Source: Mizuhopecten yessoensis (lineage: Eukaryota). From it: a stretch of 64,000 bases of DNA. Positions 29,901 to 40,050 of this stretch are shown here, in pieces. The stretch is taken from positions 606,685-670,684 of the forward strand of contig NW_018408532.1 of the NCBI RefSeq assembly GCF_002113885.1, given 5' to 3'. The notes beneath the pieces were generated by a model that searched no databases, was not told the DNA's origin, and worked only from the letters and a program-made list of their open reading frames with translations. Positions within the stretch are counted from its first letter, which is position 1; every line of letters starts with the position of its first letter. The position numbers were made by a program, and so were the translations under genes.

Positions 29901-30349
29901 ATGCAGTACAATGTATTAGCGTACATGTATGCTTTATTGACGTCGCATACTCGTTACGTCAGACAGCACATGTCTACGTTGATGAAATGTTTAAACAATT
30001 TTCCCTGCGATTACGCGACTTTAAATGTTTGCATACTGAAACATTTTATTTTCTATTTTTTCCGTAATCATCTTTCGTCCTTGAGGAGTTTTAAGATGTA
30101 CGCTGTATATTTTAACATTGTTGGCATTATTTGTGTTGCTTTAAATACAAACCGATGTCAGTTGTACGTAATAATACTTTGAGAACACTATTAAGCGGTA
30201 ACAGTAACCTAAATAAGAATATATTAAGTGTTTCACTTTAAAACAGCCGTAAGTCTCAAGTCGTAATGGTAAACTTTATTATCATTTACTACGCTAAAAT
30301 CCTACAATTGGCTTTCTGTAAATGATGGTCGTGTAGGTGTGAACCAGTG

Positions 30350-30920
30350 TACAGTACACAGTATCTCCTGTAGGAGGGGTGGGTATGTTGGAGCTCTTGT
30401 AGGCGTGGTCTGTACACAGTATCTCCAGTAGGAGGGGTGGGTATGTTGGAGCTCTTATAGGCGTTGTCTGTACACAGTATCTCCTGTAGGAGGGGTTGGT
30501 ATGTTGGAGCTCTTGTAGGCGTGGTCTGTACACAGTATCTCCAGTAGGAGGGGTGGGTATGTTGGAGCTCTTATAGGCGTGGTCAGTACACAGTATTTCC
30601 TGTAGGAGGGGTTGGTATGTTGGAGCGCTTATAGGCGTGGTCTGTACACAGTATCTCCAGTAGGGGGGGGGGGTATGTTGGAGCTCTTATAGGCGTTGTC
30701 TGGACACAGTATCTCCTGTAGGAGGGGTTGGTATGTTGGAGCTCTTATAGGAGTGGTCTGTACACAGTATCTCCAGTAGGAGGGGTGGGTATGTTGGAGC
30801 TCTTATAGGCGTGGTCAGTACACAGTATTTCCTGTAGGAGGGGTTGGTATGTTGGAGCTCTTATAGGCGTGGTCTGTACACAGTATCTCCAGTAGGAGGG
30901 GTGGGTATGTAAGAGCTCTT
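30350..30920. repeat. 58-bp minisatellite made of two 29-bp halves, ~10 copies
   Basis: GTATCTCC starts at 30361 and 30419. The halves are GTAGGCGTGGTCTGTACACAGTATCTCCT and GTAGGAGGGGTGGGTATGTTGGAGCTCTT. CCTGTAGG and CCAGTAGG variants alternate. Confidence 0.95.
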
Positions 30921-31700
30921 GTAGGCGTGGTCTGTAAACTGGGTCTCATGTAGGCGTGGTCTTTACACTGGATCTCATGTAGGCGTTTTCTGGACAGCGG
31001 GTCTAAAGTAGGCGTGGTCAGTACACTAGGTCTCATGTAGGCGTGGTCTGTACACTTGGTCTCATGTAGGCGTGGTCTGTACACTGGGTCTCATGAAGAC
31101 ATGGTCTGTACACCGGGTCCCATGTAGGCGTGGTCTGTACACTTAATCTCGTATTGGCGTGGTCTGTACACTGGATTCCATGTATGTGTGGTCTGTACAC
31201 TGGGTCTCATCTATGCGTGGTCTGTACACTTGGTTTCGTATTGGCGTGGTCTGTACACTGAGTCCCATGTAGGCGTGGTCTGTACACTTGGTCTCGTATT
31301 GTCGTGGTCTGTACACTGGGTCTTGTATTGGCGTGGTCTGTACACTGGGTCTCATGAAGCCGTGGTCTGTACACTTAATCTCGTATTGGCGTGGTCTGAA
31401 CACTGGGTTTCATATATGCGTGATCTGTACACTGGGTCCCATGTAGGCGTGGTCTGTACACTGGGTCCCATGTAGGCGTGGTCTGTACACTGGGTTTCGT
31501 GTATACGTGGTATGTACACTGGGTCTCACGCATGCTTGATTTGTACACTGGGTCCCATGTAGGCGTGGTCTGTACACTTGTTCTCGTATTGGCGTGGTCT
31601 GTACACTTGTTCTCGTATTGGCGAGGTCTGTACACTGGGTCTCGTAATGTCGTGGTCTGTACACTTGGTTTCATGTAGGCGTGGTCTGAACACTGGGTCT
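30921..31700. repeat. 29-bp minisatellite (GTAGGCGTGGTCTGTACACTGGGTCTCAT), ~27 copies
   Basis: GCGTGGTCTGTACAC recurs every 29 bp. Confidence 0.95.
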
Positions 31701-33240
31701 TTATGTCTGTATACATGATATCGTGTACGCGTTGTCTGTATACATTATTTTGTGTGGGTTTGATACCTGAGTGAACCGTCTCTATGTCTGTATACATGAT
31801 ATCGTGTAGGCGTTGTCTGTATACAGGATTTTGTGTAGACGTGATACCTGAGTGAACCGTCTCTATGGTTGTATACATTGTCTCGTGTAGGCGTTATACC
31901 AGAGTGAACCGTCTCTATGTCTGTATACATGATCTCGTGTAGGCGTGATACCTGAGTGAACCGTCTCTATGTCTGTATATATGATATCGTGTAGACGTGA
32001 TACCTGAGTGAACCGTCTCTATGTCTGTATACATTGTCTCGTGTAGGCGTGATACCAGAGTGAACCGTCTCTATGTCTGTATATATGATCTCGTATACCG
32101 TCTTCAGCTTGGAAAAACGTCTCTATGTCTGTATATATGATATCGTGTACTCGTTGTCTGTATACATTATTTTGTGTAGGCGTGATACCTGAGTGATCCG
32201 TCTCTATGTCTGTATATATGATATCGTGTACTCGTTGTCTGTATACATTATTTTGTTTGGGTTTGATACCTGAGTGAACCGTCTCTATGTCTGTATATAT
32301 GATATCGTGTACACGTGATACCTGAGTGAACCCTCTCTACGTTTGTATACATGATATCGTGTACGCGTTGTCTGTTTACATTATTTTGTGTGGGTTTGAT
32401 ACCTGAGTGAACCGTCTCTATGTCTGTATACATGATATCGTGTAGGCGTTGTCTGTATACAGGATTTTGTGTAGACGTGATACCTGAGTGAACCGTCTCT
32501 ATGTCTGTATACATTGTCTCGTGTAGGCGTGATACCTGAGTGAACCGTCTCTATGTCTGTATATATGATATCGTGTACGCGTTGTCTGTATACATTATTT
32601 TGTGTGGGTTTGATACCTGAGTGACCCGTCTCTATGTCTGTATACATGATATCGTGTAGGCGTTGTCTGTATACATTATTTTGTGTAGGCATGATACCTG
32701 AGTGAACCGTCTCAATGTCTGTATACATGATATCGTGTAGGCTTTGTCTGTATACATGATCTCGTGTAGGCGTGATACCTGAGTGAACCGTCTCTATGTC
32801 TGTATATATGATATCGTGTAGGCGTTGACTGTATACATTATTTTGTCTAGGCATGATACCTGAGTGACCCGTCTCAATGTCTGTATACATGATCTCGTGT
32901 GGGCGTGATACCTGAGTGAACCGTCTCTATGTCTGTATACATGATATCGTGTAGGCTTTGTCTGTATACATTATTTTGTGTAGGCGTGATCCCTGAGTGA
33001 CCCGTCTCTATGTCTGTATACATGATCTCGTGTAGGCGTTGTCTGTATACAGGACTTTATGAAGGCGTGATACCTGAGTGAACCGTCTCAATGTTTGTAT
33101 ACATGATATCGTGAAGGCGTTGTCTGTATACAGGATTTTGTGTGGGTTTGATACCTGAGTGAACCGTCTCTATGTCTGTATACATGATCTCGTGTAGGCG
33201 TTGGAACCAAATGAACCGTCTTTCGTATATATCTGTACAT
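31701..33240. repeat. Composite minisatellite of 52-bp and 29-bp modules
   Basis: A 52-bp module (CTGAGTGAACCGTCTCTATGTCTGTATACATGATATCGTGTAGGCGTGATAC; e.g. CTGTATA at 31921 and 31973) is interspersed with the 29-bp GTAGGCGTTGTCTGTATACATTATTTTGT. Confidence 0.93.
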
Positions 33241-35666
33241 TTGCGCTGTACACAAATCAATCAAAACTGACTACCAGGTTTGAAACAAATGGGAAAATAC
33301 ATCTTTCACAAAAGTCATTATCTCATAGGTAATGCATTGCATGACAATCTGAGCGCAGCCATAGGAACAATAAAACATGCCAATTCTGTTTTGTGCTGTA
33401 TCAAAAGAACACGATTTATTTTCACTTTTAAATGGCTTGCAGTTATTCATTTTTCATAAGCCAATGTGTCGTCATCAATCTTATTTCTGAGAAATCCATT
33501 TATACAACACGGCAAAATGCCACGAATGTGTCACCGAGTCTGAGTTGAAGGCCGTCAGTGTACAGCAAAGGTATGTGATCTCTCTCAATTCCTGTGAGAA
33601 TATACCTTATATGTGCACGTACCATTCCTCTGTTATTTACCAACTTCTTGTCAATATCCTGGTATACTGCACCTCAATCGGGGTTCTCCCGCAAAACGTC
33701 AGGTTTACTCTCCCCCGTCTCATTGGATAAGCCTGCTGGCTGTGAACAGACTTGGTTACCCCTCGAGTGGGTAACACCCTGGACGCGATTCCATTGGTCT
33801 ATGTTTAAATTATGACGTCATGCAACACTGCTTGCGTCGTCATCTTCCTTTGTGACGTCATGATTTGGAGCAATTATTTTCCCGATTTGAATTGAAAATA
33901 AGTTATTTTCACAAGAAACATTTGGTCATATGAAAGCTATGGGAGATACTTTTCCTCAAAGTCTCCTTAGTTGAATTAAAAAAATTGTAAAAGACTCTCG
34001 GTTAACCTCATGTTTTAATACAATTTCAAAATTAACTAGCTCGAGTTAAACAAAAAACATGAAAGCCAACCAACACTTATTGGGGCACCTATATATATTT
34101 AATGTGAAAAAAAAAATATTTGTTAAACTGTTTCACTGCTTTTTCTCATATATTTGCAACCAGAGGTACTAGAGGCAACTTGAAAATACCCGAAACAAAA
34201 GTATTCCAGTCGGAATCTCTTCCCTCACATAAACTACCTGTATTGCATTTCTCCATTATTTATCCTCACTAAAAATATCTCTACGCACAGTATGCGGTCT
34301 CAATCTATATGTGTTTCTGTTCATTCTTTAAAATCTCGGTCAGGGAAAATTTGTTCTGTTGGATTTGATTGAAGAGATATCTTGTACCACGATCTTTTGT
34401 AACTATAAACCAAACATCTACATTTTGTTTAATCTGATAAAACTTTCTTTCCCACCTTGTATCAGGCTTATCGACCCATCAAAGAACGCACAACTCGACC
34501 TATCTGTAAACACACAAATCCCAAAACAGGGACTCTAGCCGCTTAAATGGTCTTTTATCTTAAAGTCTTTCTTTATTAAAACAATTCTTAATATACTTTT
34601 TGAGACCTGGCTAATGTTAAGAGACGCTTAATCAACTCCGCAATGGGCCAAGGCGAAGTGTTCTTCGTAAACGGTTATAAAATAGCAACATCCAGTCCAC
34701 CCAGCATACGCAAGAATTTATTGGACAAAACTCCCGTAAATAAACAATGACATTAAGTGTTGAGTAACATTCCGAACATCTGTGTTTTAACATTTGAGTA
34801 CAGTTGAAGTGTTTATTTTTCAACACACTAAGTGTCGGACTATTTATATATTCGCCGGCCACTATCCTGACATAGATAAGTGAATGTTTATATACATAAA
34901 CAATTAAAGTTATTTCTGAAGATCACTAGCAATCCCCGAACCAGTGAGAGTAAGAACGGTAACTACTCAGGGGGAAAGTGTCGGTAGCTACAACTGTACA
35001 CGTAAAAACTTTCTCTAACATAGCATCACTTTTGAACGATCAATCATTGTAATTAATGAAGATTTAAAAGATATAATCTTTTTTAACTTTATTAAATGTC
35101 GTCTCGAATCGAAATATTTGAAATTAAATATCAACGAGATGGCCTTTCCCCGTTTCGTCATCATCATTGATCTTTGCGACCTTTCGTAGTGGACGATGAC
35201 ATTTGTACCGTATTTAATAACTACTCCGTGGATTACACATTATATATATATAACATCCCAGTTTATTGTATATTGTTTACATACTCAATGACTTTTATAA
35301 AGTATAAAACATTGCTGAACAGTATACAAGACGAATTGATATGAAAGATGTTGCAATTGTTGTTTTCTATGAATTTACAAGTAAGTGAATATTCTCACTG
35401 GAATTAAAACACACACAACCAAATAGAACAGCTTGACTTCATCTTCAAATTTAGCTCAACCTGACATCGTAGTACTCCGCCCCAACAAGTCGTCCATTTG
35501 ATTGGCACTTACAATTACATTGACGTAGATACACGACAATTGCAGGAAGTGCGTTATGACCGATCTAAGTGGAATTATTTGATTTCTAGTTGGTAACACG
35601 TATGTAATGTTGAGTTGATGGAACAGCGCATACTTGTGTATTTACATGTATGTTGAATTGATTGAA

Positions 35667-35992
35667 CAGTTGTTACGGAACCTTGAAAGTCAAAGCGTAG
35701 AGATATAGAAATGAAGTGAGACGGATCACAAATTAATCATGGAATATTTAAGCATTGAACTGCTTTCAGTTGGCAATTATAGGCAGTATGAATTCCAACT
35801 GGACAAAAGCAAATCAAACATGAAGCACTAGCGCGCTTCATTGAATTTGCCTTTGTCAAGTTGGCATTCATATTGCCTATGGTTGCCAAATGAAAGCAGT
35901 TCAATGCTTAAATATCCCATGATTGTTTTGTGATCAGTCTCACTTCATTTCTATATCTCTACGCTTTGACTTTCAAGGTTCCGTAACAACGG
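35667..35992. mobile_element. Fold-back (palindromic) MITE, ~325 bp, with Tc1/mariner-like CAGT terminus
   Basis: GTTGTTACGGAACCTTGAAAGTCAAAGCGTAGAGATATAGAAATGAAGTGAGAC (from 35669) is exactly inverted at the right end (to 35990). Pairing continues with mismatches to a small central loop near 35830. TA follows the right end. Confidence 0.85.
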
Positions 35993-36545
35993 TAACACAC
36001 TACACGTATTGTATAAGTAGACACTATTTACATATGTAGACGTTACCAGGGGCGTAGCTAGCCCTTGTTCAGAGTGGATTCATGCATAAGGAGCGGGTCC
36101 AGAACAGGGCCTTGATAGGGGAAAAGAGAGTAAATCAAGCAGCGTTTTGGCTTTGTTTTGTTTTTCGGTTGGACCATTTTTTCGGATTCACTCGCTTACC
36201 AGCCGCTACGGAATGCACCTAAACATTTTATTTTTTAAATGATTCACTAAAAATTGCTTGAAACCAGTAAAATACATGTACAACATGAACAGATTAATTA
36301 AGTTCAAGATAATGTGAGCTGTATGATAGCAGAACTAATCTGAAATCGGAATGAAATTATAATCATTTTATGCAAATTATCACCAAAGCTAGGATACCAT
36401 CTATATGATAGTATTACATAGGTCATACAGTTATCGACAAACGTGCACCCGTAAAGCACGTGACAAGTGACATCGTTCGATAACCCGGTTAAGTTTCGGG
36501 CGTGGTAAATTTAACCAGATGCAAAATGTGCGTTATTTTCGTTAA

Positions 36546-36628
36546 TTCATTCACCCCTGAAGACACATTTAAACCCTTCCAATTCAAAGGTTAGACCAAC
36601 TCATTGTGATATTTTAGGGGTGAATGAG
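36546..36628. mobile_element. 83-bp MITE with TTAA target-site duplication (piggyBac-type target)
   Basis: TTAA|TTCATTCACCCCTGAA...TTTAGGGGTGAATGAG|TTAA, with TTAA at 36542-36545 and 36629-36632. Confidence 0.75.
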
Positions 36629-37409
36629 TTAATACGTTATTGTCAGATTTAGAAATATCATTTCTTCTACAGTATTAATGCAAAAACGAAACAAAAGAAA
36701 ACGAAGCACGAGTTGACACTCGAACGATCGCCAAACGTTACACGATGTGTGGTATGCTCACGATGTACTTGTTCCTATTTCCTCATGTGTTAGATTAAAG
36801 ATCATGTGCATTTAACCTTTAAGAAATGTTTTTATATATGTATGATATTGAAGATGTTTAGGCTTGTATAGATTCTATATTTCCTGTCGTGACACATTAG
36901 TTACAGACACTTGCCAGGTAGTCGATCTTTAGGGTATGAGAAACATACCGGAATTCTAGTTTACAGCTACAAGGGAAACAATTTCCACCCATGTTTAATT
37001 TGCTACTGCCTTTAACTAAACGTCATATAATTCCCGCGCGACTCATTAGCACGTCTTAGGCGGCGATTATGTCCAATTTACACGTGACGTGTTCTATCGA
37101 ACAGGCCATTTCATTACATCCTGAACGTAAGAAGGAGATTAAAGACGATAACCTTTACACGCGCTCATAAATATTGAAGGACATTGTTTGGCCTGATCGC
37201 TGTCTACATCACGTAGCGGATAACGTGTTTGTCATATAGATCGTGTCAAAATGGAAGGATATTACAAATCTGATTTCATGTCTGACGTCACACCGGATGT
37301 CATGAAGGTACAGTTGGCTTAAGAACTCTATTCCTTACCGAGAGCAACATCTTTACTCTAAGCCCGACTAGCGCGCAGCTTTTACTTCCTACAAGAAACC
37401 AACATTAAA

Positions 37410-37750
37410 TCACTCTACAAGGGCCCAACGTATACTCCTCTCTCAACAAGGGCCCCAAGTATACTCTTCTCTCTACAAAGCCCCGAGTATACTCTTCTCT
37501 CTACAAGGGCCCCACTTCTACTCTCCGCTCTACAAGCGCCCCACTTCTACTCTCCTCTCTACAAGGGCCCCACTTCTACTCTTCTCTCTAAAAGGGCCCA
37601 ACTTCTACTCTTCTCTCTACAAGGACCCCACTTCTACTCTTCTCTCTCAAAGGGCCCAACTTATACTCTTCTCTCTACAAGGGCCGAACTTATACTCCAC
37701 TCTCTACAAGGGCCGAACTTATACTCTTCTCTCTACAAGGCCCCCACTTT
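37410..37750. repeat. 29-bp minisatellite (CTCTACAAGGGCCCCACTTCTACTCTTCT), ~11 copies, decaying to ~38060
   Basis: CTACAAG at 37501 and 37530; diverged copies continue downstream. Confidence 0.93.
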
Positions 37751-39041
37751 AATCCTCACTAGTTCCCCCGTGACCTTTACTCTGTCCATGGAAGAGCTCT
37801 TTTTGTACTCCTTACAAGGCCCACAAACTACATTACTATCCTACTAGCTAACCCACCTTTACCTTATGCCATAAAACGCCCCCAAGTTTACCTTACTCTC
37901 TACAAAAGCTCCAAAAATAACCTAAAAGGGCCTCACATTTACAATTCTTCCTAGCATGACTCCATATTTACACCCTATTAGGGCCCACTATTGCTCGTTT
38001 ATCCCCTACAAGGGCCCAACCTTTACTCCCTTCCCTACGAAGACTATGGAACTACATTTACTGTCCCCCTACAGAAACCCCCGCAATGCATGTGTACCCT
38101 ACTTGCCTTTACTATATGTACAATGTACGTTGTCCCCGTACGAAGGACCTCCAAATTTCGCCAAACAGCTAGAAGGAACCCCGTTTTCATGATTGTATTA
38201 TGAAACCATCAAAATGTAGAAAATTTATCATTTACACATATGTATTCACTTTAGCTGACGAGATTCTCGAATAGATCATTGGCAAATTACCGTTAACAAC
38301 CGTTCCCAGTCCCTAGAAACATATGATACAAGCGTTTTTGATTTCATGATTACGGCATCAAATTACCATCACTCCTATATAAAGTGCCTATCAGAATTGA
38401 ATAATAATTAACTGTTTCATGTTTGCAATTATGTCTAACCAATAAGAATCCCAAAAGGGTTTCAAAGCTAAATTTGTGCATGTGATGCTGTACAAATCAT
38501 TGTATGATGCGCTCACTTCAACCCGTATATTTCCTCGAGGCTGTACTAATTGCTTATCTCTATTGTTTATTAATTTAATTTGAAAGCAATCGTATTTGTG
38601 TCTTAATGTAATATGTATTTGAACTAAAGTTATCGTGACGGCGAGGTGACGGAGGACATTTTGTGTTGCATTTCTAACATGCCTTGGTTTACCTCGCGCA
38701 CTAGCGTCTATAGTAGGTGTGTTCGTACGCTACACACAGTTACAAATCGAGTACCAGATTTCTAAATATTTGTTTTAATCAGCGGATCATTCATTAAAGC
38801 ATCTCCCGAGAATGATTATACAGTAACCATATTAACAACGCATGTTAGCTGTTTTTAAATTGTTGTTTATGTTTATTGATGAGAATTGTCTGCGTGTTGA
38901 CTCATCTCGTACGTACATGTAGAGAGATGTTCGTGCTGATGATTTTATCAGCGTTTACCTCAGATATAAAGTCTTATCACATACTTACTACTAAATACGG
39001 AATTCCCGCCCTATATGGTACGACTAAAATCCCGTGACCCA

Positions 39042-39310
39042 TATCAGACCGGCCGGTCGGAAAATGCATATCACGTATCAGACCGGCCGGTCGGAAAATG
39101 CATATCACGTATCAGACCGGCCGGTCGGAAAATGCATATCACGTATCAGACCGGCCGGTCGGAAAATGCATATCACGTATCAGACCGGCCGGTCGGAAAA
39201 TGCATATCACGTATCAGACCGGCCGGTCGGAAAATGCATATCACGTATCAGACCGGCCGGTCGGAAAATGCATATCACGTATCAGACCGGCCGGTCGGAA
39301 AATGCATATC
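39042..39310. repeat. Perfect 34-bp tandem array (TATCAGACCGGCCGGTCGGAAAATGCATATCACG) x ~7.9
   Basis: AAAATGCA at 39061 and 39095. The copies are identical, and each holds the 12-bp palindrome GACCGGCCGGTC. Confidence 0.98.
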
Positions 39311-39344
39311 AAAATTTATGTTCAAGTATATGATAAACAGAATA

Positions 39345-39503
39345 AAACATGGTAAAATCCATATCACATGCCATATCAGCCCGAGGACCCAATATCAGAC
39401 CGAGGGCTTTAAACATGGTAAAATCCATATCACATGCCATATCAGCCCTCGACCAATATCAGACCTCGGGCTGATATGGCATGTGATATGGATTTTGCCA
39501 TGT
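39345..39503. repeat. 66-bp direct duplication plus 36-bp inverted repeat (hairpin); probable end of a non-autonomous DNA element
   Basis: AAACATGGTAAAATCCATATCACATGCCATATCAGCCC occurs at 39345 and 39411. 39413-39448 pairs with 39468-39503 (one mismatch, 19-nt loop). Confidence 0.85.
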
Positions 39504-39705
39504 AATATTCTCCAATTAATATACTTCTGCAGCAGTTTAAGGAGGCAAATACTGATGAATAGACAAACTTTGGTATCGATAGTACCACAACAATTGGTGA
39601 TCCGTTGCGGCCCGCGATCGCGTTAAGTTAAATCTACAAACTATCCTAATGCACGCATTAAAGTTAGGACTACGTCAACTGACATTCCTCTTTGTACTCT
39701 TTCAG

Positions 39706-39783
39706 ATTGATGTGCTTTTGTCAGGGAATACAAGAGTTAACGTGACATCGATGACATGACAAACATCTACCCAATTTACAAAG
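39706..39783 (+). other. Candidate 78-nt exon (5' UTR, possibly with start codon: MTNIYPIYK...)
   Basis: Branch-like CTGAC at 39679, pyrimidine tract TTCCTCTTTGTACTCTTTCAG| and a perfect donor AAG|GTAAGT. All three frames contain stops, so it is not an internal coding exon. Confidence 0.4.
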
Positions 39784-39954
39784 GTAAGTGCAAAGGTTTC
39801 ACGATTTTTCATTGGGTACAAATGAATACATTTCTTCTTGTAGAAGCAATCTCTTTTAGAGAGTTGCATGATGGCGTGGATAATGTTGAAGGGGAAACAA
39901 ATAGTCCGTAGTACGTCTAATAGGGACAGTATAGCACCTAGTGCAGTTGACGAG

Positions 39955-40050
39955 TATGATTAGTGGAGACAAACTAGGACCTGAAAATCGCATCGTGACG
40001 GATACAATTAGTGGAGACAAAGTAGTACCTAGTACACGTGACGGGTATAA
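39955..40050. repeat. Three copies of ATTAGTGGAGACAAA(G/C)TAG(T/G)AC
   Basis: Copies near 39959, 40007 and 40050, with variable intervening sequence. Confidence 0.7.

Noticed and set aside
30294-33260. Numerous repetitive ORFs of 60-169 aa
   Set aside because: These are by-products of minisatellite periodicity on both strands, with no domain or splice support.
36047-36215. hAT-type MITE starting CAGGGGCGTAGCT
   Set aside because: The right TIR is too degraded (GCTACGGAATG) and there is no 8-bp TSD.
39042-39310. CRISPR-like array (34-bp palindromic repeat)
   Set aside because: Units are head-to-tail with no unique spacers, there are no cas genes, and the context is eukaryotic.
39015-39626. 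203-aa ORF and overlapping ORFs
   Set aside because: They are translations of the stop-free 34-bp repeat; the same 34-aa peptide appears in all three frames.
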